Shown: positions 1-12,160 of the stretch, piece by piece
How the letters are laid out: the number at the start of each line of letters is the position of its first letter
Numbering within the stretch: position 1 is the stretch's first letter
Source of the DNA: Octopus sinensis
Taxonomy: Eukaryota
DNA: 64,000 nt
Direction: 5' to 3'
NCBI RefSeq assembly: GCF_006345805.1
Contig: NC_043010.1
Coordinates: 35,526,001-35,590,000, forward strand
Program-made: the position numbers and the translations under genes
The notes under the pieces: model-generated
The model's input: only the letters and a program-made list of their open reading frames with translations
What the model was told of the DNA's origin: nothing
The model's database searches: none

Positions 1-217
1 TTGTTTTATAATATTGTCCAGAGATTGACTACATTGAAATTCAGTGAAGCTTCAGCTTCTAATATGGTGAATTTGTACCTAAACTCCAACTTGAAATACA
101 GGAATGTAATAGCTACCAAGCTATTATCATTGCTAAGGACTTCCTGTCTGTCTCCTGATGTCTGCCTGGTTACATTGCAACTATTATGAATTTCTCACAG
201 TGGGTACTTTTACTGAC

Positions 218-530
218 CTCATGCCGGTGGCATGTAAAAAGCACCATCCGATTGTGGCTGTTGCCAGCCTCGTCTGGCCCCCGTGCCGGTGGCATGTAAA
301 AAGCACCATCCGATCGTGGCCGTTTGCCAGCCTTGTCTGGCACCTGTGCAGGTGGCACGTAAAAAGCACCCACTACACTCACAGAGTGGTTGGCTTTAGG
401 AAGGGCATCCAGCTGTAGAAACAGTCAGATCAGACTGGGCCTGGCACAGCCTTCTAACTTCCCAGACCCCAGTTAAACCATCCAACCCATGCTAGCATGG
501 AAAACGGACGTTAAACGATGATGATGATGC
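218..530 (+). mobile_element. SINE with RTE-like (GAT)n tail and internal about 60-bp tandem unit (Ceph-SINE-like)
   Basis: ggttggc.ttaggaagggcatccagctgtagaaac core, unit gtggcacgtaaaaagcaccatccgatcgtggccg present about 3 times, tail ggacgttaaacgatgatgatg; many sibling copies in the window. Family name not verified. Confidence 0.8.
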
Positions 531-689
531 TGTTTATGCTCCTTTGTGTATTTGTTTTCCTTATTATTATATTAGTATAAATATGTCATAATCTGATTTG
601 ATACCTGTTGTTTGCCTTCTATTATATATATATATTCAAATATGAATGAGAAGCAGCCTGAGGGATATAAACAATATTGATCACACATA

Positions 690-1139
690 CACAAGGTATG
701 TGTTTTGCAAATTCATGGGCAGGCTGCAAGTTATAGGCACGAGAGAATATATGCCTGTTGTTAGAACTCCTGGAAGTCATAGGCAAGTAAGATAACTTGC
801 ATCAGCTCCTGTTGCAGGAGCAGTAGACTTTATTTACTCATTTTTGTGACTTGTCAGGTGCAAGCTAAACTGCTGTCTGTTACTATATGCAGGTAAGAAC
901 CCTATATTGGTATGTCCCTTGGTGATTTAGCTTGTGTCTGGCCTCATTCGAGTATGTGGTATTGACAAGTTAGAAAGATAACAAAATATTTTCTACTGCT
1001 CTTGCAATGGCACCTGATGCAAGTTATCTTGCTTGTCCATCACTTTCAGATGTTTTAATACCAGGTGGATTCATTAGAATATATTCTCTTATGCCTATAA
1101 ATTGCAACCTGCCCATGAAATAGCAAAACACATCTTGTG
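690..1139. mobile_element. Fold-back MITE-like element (about 170-bp imperfect inverted arms, about 105-bp spacer)
   Basis: Left arm tgtgttttgcaaattcatgggcaggctgcaagttataggca...aagataacttgcatcag...gagcagtaga is the reverse complement of the right arm; termini TA|CACAAG...CTTGTG|TG. Confidence 0.75.
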
Positions 1140-1712
1140 TGTGTGTGTGGTGTTTGATATATTTATGTGTATTTGTTTTAATTTTCATGGCCACTGTTCC
1201 ATGCTAGCATGGGTGAGATGAATATATTATTGAGGCGTTGTTCTACAATCAGATACCTTTCCTGTTGCTAACCCTTGTTTTTCAAGTAAGAGGTCACTTT
1301 TTCCATGTGTCTTTAAAAGTACAAAAGCCAGCAGATGATTTGTTGGCAGGGGAAATGACAACAATTTTACTCTTTGTAGCTCAGCAATTTTCAGAGAAGT
1401 ACAAATGTAAAGAGGCACATATACATACATACACATATATGATGGGCTTCTTTCACTTTCTTTCTACCAAAACTATTTACAAGGCTTTGGTCAGTCTCGG
1501 GATGTAGAAGCAGATGTTTGTTCATGGTACCACACAGTGGGACTGAACTTGAAACCACATGATTGCAAAGCAAACTTCTTAATCATACAGCCATGCTTGT
1601 GCCTCTTGTGCACACTCACGCACACGTGTATGTACATTACACATATGCATGTATAGATACACATACATGCATACATAAATGTATTTATCTAAATTATTCT
1701 TATATTTTTCAG

Positions 1713-1799
1713 AAAAAAGCATCTGCTCTCTTTGAAGTTGCAGAAGTTTTCCCTGTCATGACAAACAACTATGAAGACAGTATTTTACGAGGTGTTAGG
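1713..1799 (+). CDS. C6orf62: C6orf62-like protein, first coding exon in window ([29 protein letters not shown])
   Basis: ttttcag acceptor and AGG|gtaagt donor; 87 nt, phase 0-0. Closely resembles human C6orf62 [26 protein letters not shown] (recalled from memory). About 43 N-terminal aa are not found in the window. Confidence 0.93.
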
Positions 1800-2439
1800 G
1801 TAAGTTTTTTTCTTCTTTTTAGTGGGTTGGTTTGTTTGTGGTGGAGATAGTGCCTATCATTATTATTGTTAGGATGGTGTAGTGTTTGGCATAATTTGTT
1901 GAGTGAAATACAAATTACCTTGCAGTATTTAGTTTGGTTTTCATAGGTTCAGATTTGAAATCTTTCAGAGGTAGTCCTTATCTATCCTCTTTTCAAGGTT
2001 GATAGAATAAACTCCAGGCAAGTAATGATGTCAATTTAACTGTGCCTAGCCCTAGACTTATCTTCATAATTATTATTAAGGCATAGGGGTGTATTAGCAG
2101 AATCACTAAAGTACTGGGGAAATAGGAGAGTATTGTAGTTCGCGTGAAGCATTGTGTATTCTTTGTAAAGAATAAAAAGTTTTGAATGGTACAACGCACT
2201 ATAATATTAAAAAAAAGTGGGGAGGTATATACCTGTTGTAATTTAGTTATCCATAGTCTGATGATATTTCGGAATATAATTCCTTCTTCAGATATTCTTA
2301 GATGGAGTCGCTGCTATCATTGGTTTTCCAACAACTTTTCTTTTTTCGGAAGCGTCTCAGCAGTGGTCTCACAAAGCTCCTTCTGGAATTCCTCATGAGA
2401 AGTGTGTGAGGTCGGCTATGTCTCAATCTTGTGTGTGTT

Positions 2440-3110
2440 GGTACATCTGTAGCGTTGCTTCTAAATGCTTGAAGTGGCATTGACTCCTGGGAGAAGGGGT
2501 ACTGTGTAGTGTGGACAGTTGCAGCGAGTCAAAAGCTGGAACACTTTATAGGTACAGACACAGTTAGGTAGAGGTGAGAAAGAAATCAAGAAGTGTGTTT
2601 TGGAGTTTCTTGTGTTGATCTGAATGATTGCGAATCGATGAAATAAGATAATGTAAAAAGATGGCAATAGTAAAGGATTTTTGGTTTCTGCACTGACAGC
2701 ATCAGTGTCGAATGACTGTGAATGTCATGAGGAGTTGTGAACATTGAAATAAATGGGAGATGATGATTTCAGAGAGGGAAGAGTGTGAGAGATATGTTCT
2801 CGATGAAGGAGTAGATGTGGTCAAAGAGTTGCTAGTGGTTTGAGGAATGCAGAGAGTAATAGAAGGAGCAGATTTATTTGAGGAAATAAGAGAGGAAGAT
2901 TTTAAGACAAAGAAATTGTAAGTTATTGCTGAAGTTCAAGTGAGAGACAGGGAGAGTATAGTCTATATATTTACAGACACCACCTTTAGAGTGAAATCTG
3001 GGTAGAGAGTGTAACCTGAACAAGGGAGATGGGTTCTAGGTCTGGGTTGAGGATTTTGAGTCCCCAAAAGAAATAGGGTGTGTGGTATATGTGTAAGAGG
3101 TGGGATCTAG
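2440..3110 (-). mobile_element. Decayed LINE apurinic-endonuclease domain (CR1/Jockey-like)
   Basis: Minus-strand remnants such as HSKGGVCKYI, NLQFLCLKIFL, QLFDHIYSFIENI, TLLDFFLTS, broken by stops and frameshifts. Confidence 0.5.
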
Positions 3111-4061
3111 GCTGGAGAGAAATTCTCAGATGTTTGAAAAGAGGAGAGGTAATTGGCCAAGAGGTTTGGATCTATTTTTTGGCATTGAGAGAAGTGTAAA
3201 GGGTGGCAGTACATGGAAAGGTTATTAAAATTCCTAACCAGAAGGCTGGTCCGAATGCTTGCAACAGAGTGAATTCTGCCAAAGGGCACCCAAGAGCCTG
3301 ATAATGGTATTAAACCAAGTGGCATGGTGCACCTATTTCCCCCACTCTCAAAATTGGATTTTCTTTGCCCAGTAGGAAAGGGCTGCCTATGAATGAACAG
3401 TAGGAAAATCAGGAGAGAGAGAGAGAATTAAGAAAAAATAAAAAATTTGAGATCATAATAGTTGAAATAGTGATGAAAGTAGAAATAGTAGTTGATAAAA
3501 TAAGTAATATATTGGTATTCTCTTATCAACTTCATAAGGAGGAAAGGCAAAATTGACATGGGTGAGATTTGAACTCAGAATATAAAGTGATGTAACTAAA
3601 CACCACAAAGTATTTTGTCTTGATGCTCTACAAATTTTAGCATCCATTGTTCATAGTATTTTCTTGCTCTTTGCCTGTATAGTCAATAATGAAAATTATT
3701 TTTATTCTACGTCCCTTCAATGATCTCCATAAACCATTGGGCTAGTGCTTGTCCCTGGTATTAAGATGGTGGGATGAAAAGTAAAATCTCTCTTGGATAG
3801 TCTATTGCATATGAAATTGTTCCTGCAAGAAAATATTGAACCTATCATTATAGCAAGTATTTAAATTGTTAATGTTTACAGTGTTGCCATGTATTCCCAA
3901 GTCAATATTATCACAATGTAGTACCTACCTACTGATGGAAATAGATGTTGCAAGGATACAAACCTCTTGTCTGGTTGTCTTCTATCTTATTGAATTGGTC
4001 ATCTGCATTTTCTTAATTATTTATTATTATATACTGAATTTTATTTGATTTCCATTTTTAG

Positions 4062-4151
4062 GAAGAAGCTTATTCCTATGAGAGTACAAAGGAACTGTTG
4101 GATAAAGATGTTGTCCAACTTCATGCCACTCGCTGGCAATCAATGAGGAAG
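4062..4151 (+). CDS. C6orf62: C6orf62-like exon (EEAYSYESTKELLDKDVVQLHATRWQSMRK)
   Basis: tttttag acceptor, AAG|gtaagt donor; 90 nt, phase 0-0; matches the family motif ELLxKDVVQLHAxRxQSMR. Confidence 0.93.
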
Positions 4152-5220
4152 GTAAGTTTGTAAATTCTTCATCTCAAATATTCTCTTCTTTAGCCCTTTC
4201 ACATTTTCTCCCATTAATTATTTGACTTGTCATAATTATTGCACTCCTTTGTCACTTCTTTTCTCTTAAGTTTAACATCTAACTCTGTAAAGTTGATATT
4301 TAAATTACAGTGACGGAGCTTTGTTTCTTAGTCAGAAACAAAGCCCCTCTTTATAGAATGAATTCAAAGAATTAATTAAAAAAAGTATCAGATATGCATG
4401 TATTTGGCTTATCTTTTGTTCCATGATACTCCATTGTATCTCATTATGTTCCACTCTTGACTTAGTTTCGCAGTGAAGAAAAATTCTTCAGTTAATGAGA
4501 AACAAGGGATTCTCAGTATGGTTGCTCACCCTGGCAGAATTAGCAACAAAACAGCTCACAGACTACTCTCGTTTTCAAAAGTGTATATAACAGTATATTA
4601 AAAACAAAACTTCATGTCTTAAATGTGACACACCACTAAGATGACATGGTCATAATCAAAATACCAGTTACATGATAAAATGTCAGTAAAAAATTTTAGT
4701 AAAAATAATTTTTCAAAAGTGAAAAATATGTCTTGTATATGACATGCTGCACGTATATCTAAATACCCTTGTCTCATCCTTGTAAAACGTATGTTGTATG
4801 TGGATAATGTCAATAACATCCTTCCACCAGCCTTAACTAGCTATGCATCTATACTGGCTTTACATTGGCTGCCTACAAACCACTTTCCAAGTTGACTTAG
4901 ACTTCCCAAAATTCACTGAATCTTCATCATAGCAGCAGCATCAAATGCAACCAAAAATTTGCACCGAACAACATGAACCCTCTATGCTTTTACACCATTC
5001 ACATTTCACTCAAAACATATCTACAAACAGTTATACATAGAGGCACATGTATACATATAGAAGTATATGCATAAGTACATGCTTTTATACATAGATACAT
5101 GTATACACACATATATACAGACATATTTGCATACATAGAGCTACATGCATGCATGTGTATGTTTGCTTTTCCAAATTTTGTTGCAATGTTTTTTATATCT
5201 TCTATTTATCTACACATCAG

Positions 5221-5343
5221 GATGTGCTGGGTTGTGCTTCAGACATGGATTTCATGTTGTGGCCCCGTAAGGACATTGATAAGATTGAATGCTTACTTTT
5301 TTCAAGATGGAAAGGAGACAATGGCAAGTTTAAGCCTCTGCAG
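5221..5343 (+). CDS. C6orf62: C6orf62-like exon (DVLGCASDMDFMLWPRKDIDKIECLLFSRWKGDNGKFKPLQ)
   Basis: catcag acceptor, CAG|gtaaag donor; 123 nt, phase 0-0; matches DVIGC..MDFILWPRxDIEKIxCLLFSRWK. Confidence 0.95.
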
Positions 5344-5767
5344 GTAAAGTAAATTACTGTATAGTGTGTGTGTATGGGGTGAGCGTAGATTGTGGAAATT
5401 TTAGTAATGTTTGTCACTTTACATGAAATTAGTTTGGTTGAATCATTCAGACATGGAATCTGCTATACAAATGACTTGTGCATAATAATTTCTATACATG
5501 GAAAGTGCTCCACCAGTTTAAATAGTAGGAGCTTAATGTGTATATTGCTGAATATATTTCTCATGCTATTTGTATGTAACACATAGTATTCAATATTCTA
5601 AAGTACAGCTAAAATAACCTAACTTAATAAACATGCAAGATATGTGTAAAATACACTGCAAAGTACAAATATAAATAATAAAAGATTAGCAATTTATGCC
5701 AAACCTAATTCTGTCATGATAATTTAATTTTGTCACTGGAGGAAGAGTTATTGTGTGTATGTAATTA

Positions 5768-5831
<64 letters not shown>

Positions 5832-5834
<3 letters not shown>

Positions 5835-6211
5835 TACCGTCAGAAATTAATTAGCACCCTTGATTTGCTCTTCACTCAAGGTATGTGCTGTCACCTAGTG
5901 GCCATATCTCGAACTATTGCTTTGTTGCGAGTTCACTGTTGCACAGAACGATGACGTAACTTTGTTTGCAGAGCAGTTTGAGAGTCTACAGCCTTATGAT
6001 GTTGACATAGCAGTGCAACAACAACTTGGAGTGCGGATGCAGACAAATCTTCCTTTGTTTAATAGATATAGGTAGCGCCTCACAAGGACCGAAATCACAC
6101 CATACTAAGTTTTCTCATCGCGTAAGACGTTTTGAACAGCTCATAGGTTAATTGATTTAACCTATTTAATGTAGAAATTTGAGAAGTGCTAATTAATTTC
6201 TGATGCAAGTG
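5832..6211. mobile_element. Tc1/mariner-type MITE, 380 bp, inserted in (TA)n
   Basis: About 30-bp imperfect TIRs (cactaccgtcagaaattaattagcac / gtgctaattaatttctgatgcaagtg) flanked by TA on both sides; no coding capacity. Confidence 0.8.
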
Positions 6212-7319
6212 TATATATATATATATATATATATACATACACACATACACACATACACACACACACACACATACACACACTCCACTTCTACTCCTCTTGT
6301 ACCTTGAGAGTCCACTCAGACACATTGTCACCATTATATTTATCTCTTCCCAGTTTCATCCCAATCATTGTGAGTAACCTTGTAGTTCCTCTATAGCAAG
6401 AAACCTGTTCTGCTCTGGCTCTTTCCCTCCTGTTTCATCACCTCATCTTCTAGCACACAGCTGCCTCAGAGTTTGTAGTCTTGTAGGCTGCATAGTGATC
6501 TCACTAGTGCTGGCTGCATGAGGAAAAACACCCAGTGCACACTACAAAATGTTTGGCTTTAGGAAGGATATTGACTGTAGAAACCAAGCCAAAGTAGACA
6601 ATGGAGCATGATATAGTCTTCTATCTTTTTAAACCATCCAACCCATACCAACACGAACATTTATTTAAATGATGACGATGATCATGACATTATCTCAGTC
6701 TGTTAAATAGTACTTATGTAGAGGGGAATATTGTGTGTGTGTGTGTACCTATATATATAAATTATGAAGATATTAATAAATAATAATATAGGTGGTTAGT
6801 TAGCCAAAAAACCAAAAGGCAAATATATAAACAAAGGTACTAGATAGCACCAGTTTTGCTAGAAATAGTAGTCTAAAGCGACTCCACCACAAGCACTGGA
6901 AGTTAATGAGCTGATGAAATTGGGTGGAAGCCAACATATCAAAGTAAGGTACAATCGCAAATGAAATTGCAGATATACCCATATCGTGATTTCGAACTCT
7001 GAGATAATTCTCTTAGTCCTCCGCAGTGGGTCGTGCTGCCTGGGGCTAAATAGTTACTTGTCTTGTACAAGCTTATTAAAACCATTGAGATAGGCATACA
7101 CTTACATGTAAGTTTAGCAAAGAATGTGTAAAAAAAAAAAAAGAATTTAATGTTGAGTAATTGGCTCAATAATAATACATTTAATGAAGGGATGTAGAAA
7201 TATTAATTGAACTTTAAAGTTTTAATTGTGTTACCCTTGTGTTTGATAATTGATCTATTTGGTATATTAAAAAGACATTGAAAAAAAAAGTCAAATGTCC
7301 AATTGTTTGAATTTTTCAG

Positions 7320-7457
7320 ACTGTCTTTGAATTTTCACATCATGAATATGAGAAACAGTTGCTCCATCTAGTGGCAATTCGCAACCAGAAGTCTGCATTG
7401 ATCATCAGTAATGCTGAGCAGTCAATGTTCCTGTTTGTGGATAGACATGTTATTCAA
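7320..7457 (+). CDS. C6orf62: C6orf62-like exon (TVFEFSHHEYEKQLLHLVAIRNQKSALIISNAEQSMFLFVDRHVIQ)
   Basis: tttttcag acceptor, CAA|gtatgt donor; 138 nt, phase 0-0; matches FEFxxxxYEKQxLH...QSxFLFxDR. Confidence 0.92.
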
Positions 7458-9179
7458 GTATGTGTTGCACAAGTTTATTTCCTTTTTCTTATATATATCT
7501 CCAGCTACTTAACTCTTATTACTCACCTATTGTAAGATGACTTAATTTCAGAAGGCTTTTATGCTGGCCATTCATATTGTGTTATTCTGTTGTGGTGGTA
7601 GTGAATGAGAGATATTTTTTTTATTTGTAACGGAGGCTACAGGTTTCAGAGTTGATACTGTTGGCTGAAGAAATATTTTGTTTCTCATGTGTTGTTTGAT
7701 TGTCTCAATATATGAGAAGTTATTTTTAATAGGATTATGATGTTTTGAACTCTTAAACCCATCTTCAAAAATGAAAGAAATTTTTCAATATTTATATATC
7801 TATATCTGCTTTTCAATTGTTTTCATCTCCACTTGTCATCAGGTGTCTTAGTCCAAAATATATAATATTGTACTGAACAATGATATAAAAATATAAAGCT
7901 TCTTCCTAAGACTCATAAGGCTGGTTTCCTGGATTCCCCCACTGAATGGGATGCCAGTCTGTTGCAGGAACACTACTTTTTGCCGGCTTAGTGTACTGGA
8001 GCAATGTGAAATGAAGTATTTTGCTCAAGAACACAACGCATCAACCAGTCCAGCAATCAAAGTCACAATCTTAGGATTAGGAATCCAACACCCTAATCAC
8101 TAAGCCATTCTGTCATGGAATTCCAAATTAGAGAGAACTACTACAAAGCTAGCAAATCAAGGAAGCCATACATATAACTAATAAAATATACAGTTTAGTT
8201 AAGCTCAGCAGTGATATCTGCTCAGAGTGGCTTTCATTACTGTTTGATGAATATAATTAACTTAAAATTGCCTTTTTCCAGGTTGCTAAAAGCAGTCCTA
8301 ATCAAGCACTAGTATTGATATAATTGACTATATACCCTTATCACTAATGTTGCAACCTTGTATCTAAGTTATGAGTCACTTCCGTATTGCTTGATTTAAT
8401 TAGCAGTTTTCTGCTCCCCCCACCAATTTGACTTGAATCTGTTAGATATCACTTTTAGAATAAAGTATTATTATTGCATTTCTTCTTCCTCTTTACGTTT
8501 TGAGTTCAAAAATTTTGATGAGGCTGACTTTGCCTTTCATTTTTTGAAGTTGATAAAATAAGTACCAGTTGAGCACTGGGTTTGATGTAACTGACTAGCC
8601 CCATCCTGCCAAATTTCAGGCCTTGTACCTTTAGTAGAAAGAATTATTAATATTATGAGGTTAGGGGATCGGCAGACTTGTTAGTCAGACAAAATATCTT
8701 GCAGTATTTTCTTCCGTCTTTTTACCTTTTTAGTTAAAATCCTGCTGAGGTCAACTTTACTTTTCATTCCTCTGGGATACCAGTTAAATATTGGGGTTGA
8801 TGGTATTGACTAAAATCACTAGCCTTGTGCCTAAATTAAGATCAGTAAGGGCAGTGAAATAATTAGCGTTGGACAAATTGTTTTGCAGTGATAGCTCTTT
8901 ATATCCTAAGTTCCAATTCCACTAGGGTCGGTAAAACACTGTTCATGTATCAGGGGTGATTTAATCAACTGACCTTTTGCTTGCTTGTGTCAAAAACAAA
9001 TTGCTTAGAATCATTTCTTCTGGCTTTACGTTCTGATTTCAAATCCTGCTGAGGTCATTTTTGTTTTTCATCTTTTTGGTGTCAATAAAATATACTACCA
9101 GCTAAGTACTAGGGTTGATGCAATCAACTAACTCCTACCTCTGAAATTGCTGGCCTTCTGCCAAAGTTTGAAACCATTG

Positions 9180-9213
<34 letters not shown>

Positions 9214-9228
9214 TATTCTTTTTTTCAG

Positions 9229-9288
9229 ACCAGCAACACCCAAGTAGTAATTTTCAAACTATGTAGCCTCTGTCTCTACATACCACAA
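9229..9288 (+). CDS. C6orf62: C6orf62-like exon (TSNTQVVIFKLCSLCLYIPQ)
   Basis: Long T-rich tract plus cag acceptor, CAA|gtaagc donor; 60 nt; matches IFKLCSxCLYxPQ. Confidence 0.92.
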
Positions 9289-9559
9289 GTAAGCGACTAT
9301 ACTTGCTTCTTTGCTTTTATTTTGTTGATAGTTCCCTTCTTGAGTCGTAGACATTTTAACTGCTTTCAATATCCACTCCACATTCTTCATGTCAAAGGAT
9401 AGAAGCGCACACCATGCATGGGTGTGTGGTTAACAAGTTTGTTTTGCATGATTCTGGAGTCAATCCTATTGCACTGCATTTGGGTTAGCCAATAGCTTCA
9501 GAGGGGATTTTGATAGAGGGTAACTGTTTATTGTATGTACATGTGTGTGTCTGTATGTA

Positions 9560-10230
9560 TAAGTGGCAAGTGCACAGGAGTAGTTAGCAGTAAGGTTACA
9601 TGTGAAGGAAATTTCTTCCAATGTTTAGAAGGTCCATTATAGGTAATTCTTAGCTTTTGTTATCCAGGTGACTAAATTAACTATGGAGGTGGCTGTTCTG
9701 AAAGTGTAGTTGCCATGATAATAAGAATGGGATGGAAAAGTTCAAGGAGCTGTTACCTCTGCTATCATCAAAGGGTTTCCCTCTCAGTGTGAAGGGCTGT
9801 TTATATGACACTTGTAGATGAAATGTGATTTTGTATGGTACTAAGATGTGGGCTTTGAATGCGAAGGGTTTGCAAAAGCTGGAAAGAAATGAAGCAAGTA
9901 TGCTCTACTGGATGTAAAAGTGGTGAGTGAAAAAACTGGTTATATGAGGAGCTAAATGTAGGGTACAGGAGAAGACTATACAGGCAAATAATGCATGTAG
10001 ATGTCAATTGTATAAGGAAGTGCCAAGTGCTCTAAGTGGATGGAAGCTTGGAAGAGAGCGATGAAGGAAGACATGGGATAAAATGGTGAAGACTAATTGC
10101 AGGAAACTGAACCTCATGAGAGAGATGACAAAGGGCTGTCTTGTGGTGAAACATTGTGCTGAAGACTCAGCCAACCCAAGCAAACATGGAGAAATGGATG
10201 CAAAAAAAATTATGACAGTGGTTGTGATAG
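9560..10230 (+). mobile_element. RTE-clade LINE fragment (RT C-terminus), decayed
   Basis: Same sequence family as 24283-24760, 43870-44445 and 49440-49830 (vicinity of FRYLGD, ARIRIGWxKFRELLPLL, RVKGRLYD). Confidence 0.7.
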
Positions 10231-11429
10231 AGAAGGGAATGTGCTATCTGCATTTGAGTCTCCCTAACAATTTTCTTCATATTAAGTCTCTGTATAATGC
10301 TCTTTTTCTTATCATTACCATCTCACCTGTTCTCCCATTATTACTATTTCTTGTCTATCAATACAATTAATGAAACCAACACATTTGATAGGTTCATGAT
10401 GAATCCCCTCCTCATTACCGCCCCTGGTGTGAGCTCTCTCTCATTGTGCCCTTTTCTAGTAATCATTATTCACATTCATCACTCCTACTCCCTATTATCC
10501 GACTTCATTCCTGTCCTTCAATCTCATATTACTCCTCCTCCACCACACGCTGACATGCATCACACCCTCTCTCCCATCACTCTTTCTCTTCCAGTTCTGC
10601 CAGCCTGTTTCCCTCCTATTTATTTTCTTTTGTCATACCACTCATGTTGTTTGTATTCAATTTCATTACCAATAATCATCATGCAGCTGTTTATCACTCA
10701 CTCCCTCCCTCCCTCTCTCTTCTCTCATTCTGATTCTCTTCTTTCAACCTCATGCAACACTCTTCTATTAGAACTCAGTGATGTTAATTCCATCCCATCT
10801 GCTTACCAGCAACAGTCATATAACTCTCTGTTACTCCCTTGTTCATTCTTCCTTTACCCTTTTGTTTCGGGTCCCTCTTTGTCCAGCGCTTTGGACATAG
10901 AGGAACAACACAGGGAAAACAAGTCTCTCTTTAGCTATGCTGAGGATGAGACAATTCAGTGGTACTGGGTAAAGGACAGAGACCATGTATAGTAGAAAGG
11001 ATACTCTTTGGTCTTTGAAGATACAACTAATACCAGTGCCATGCTAAAATGTATCCACTTAACAGCTATAGAAACCATGCCAGAAATGAAGCAAACGAAT
11101 ATGGTTTCCAACCCATCCATGAAAGGAGTAACTCCAAACTTGGAATAAGATGACTCATGTCAGTAGGGACAAGAGTGATGATAATTTGTTTATATTTGTG
11201 CATACTCACACAAATGTGTGTGTGTATGTGTGTATCATAGTGTATGTATGTATGTATGTGCACATGTATACATGTGTGGGTTATTATGCATGTTTGTAGC
11301 AATTGCTCATGTTTTGCACCTGTAAAGCAGCAGTATTACACATGTAAGGTTGAAGAAATTGAGTTTTGTGTTGATTGGAAGGATAGGGTTTTCTCGTGTA
11401 TGTTGCAATTTCCAGAATGTACACTACCA

Positions 11430-11642
11430 GACTAGTGCTCTTCATACTTCATTACCTCTCACTGAATGTCAATGTACATCCAAGATATCTGAATTCATTG
11501 ATCTTCATCCCTTCATAATCGATTAACAGTGGAAGGTGCAGTTCAGATGATTGTTTACTGCAGGAGGCATTCTTGATAATTGTCCTTGAGTACAATCTCC
11601 ATTTGACTCTAGGAGATTGATGTCATCAGTAAATTTTAGGTC
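11430..11642 (-). mobile_element. LINE reverse-transcriptase remnant (RTE-like)
   Basis: Minus-strand LKFTDDINLL (FADD-like) and INEFRYLGCTL. Confidence 0.55.
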
Positions 11643-11854
11643 ATTCAGTTGTATGTGTATGTGTGTATGTCATAATTTAATATCCATTTCCCATGGTGGT
11701 GTGAGTTGGACAGTTTGACAGGAGCTGGCAAACCAGAAGACGGCACCAAGCTCCACTGCCTCTTTTGGTGTAGTTTTTACAGCAGGATACCCTTCCTAAC
11801 ACCAACCACTTTACAAAGTGGACTGGGTGCATTTTACATGAGTGTGTGTGTGTG

Positions 11855-12115
11855 TATCATCATCATCATCATCGTTTAACGTCCGTTTTCCATGCTAGCA
11901 TGGGTTGGACGGTTCAACTGGGGGTCTGGGAAGCCAGGAGGCTGCACCAGGCCCAGTCTGATCTGGCAGTGTTTCCACAGCTGGATGCCCTTCCTAACGC
12001 CAACCACTCCGAGAGTGTAGTGGGTGCTTTTTATGTGCCAGACAAGGCTGGCAAACGGCCACGATTGGATGGTGCTTTTTACGTGCCACTGGCACGGGGG
12101 CCAGACGAGGCTGGA
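11855..12115 (-). mobile_element. Ceph-SINE-like copy (inverted relative to 218-530)
   Basis: Starts catcatcatcgtttaacgtccg; high similarity to the reverse complement of 218-530. Confidence 0.85.
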
Positions 12116-12117
12116 GG

Positions 12118-12160
<43 letters not shown>

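Noticed and set aside
218-370. Regularly repeated about 60-bp unit superficially like a CRISPR array
   Set aside because: No unique spacers and no cas genes; it is the internal tandem unit of a dispersed SINE.
1-690. Search for the missing N-terminal C6orf62 exon
   Set aside because: No frame resembling the expected ESLADQFDFKMYIAFVF segment; it presumably lies upstream of the window.
6905-6975. CTGATGA...GAAA, possible hammerhead ribozyme core
   Set aside because: Stems II and III cannot be formed convincingly.
10297-10992. Longest ORF in the track (231 aa, +)
   Set aside because: Low-complexity Leu/Ser/Pro/His product from a pyrimidine-rich strand inside intron 5 and among LINE debris; no splice signals or family motifs.
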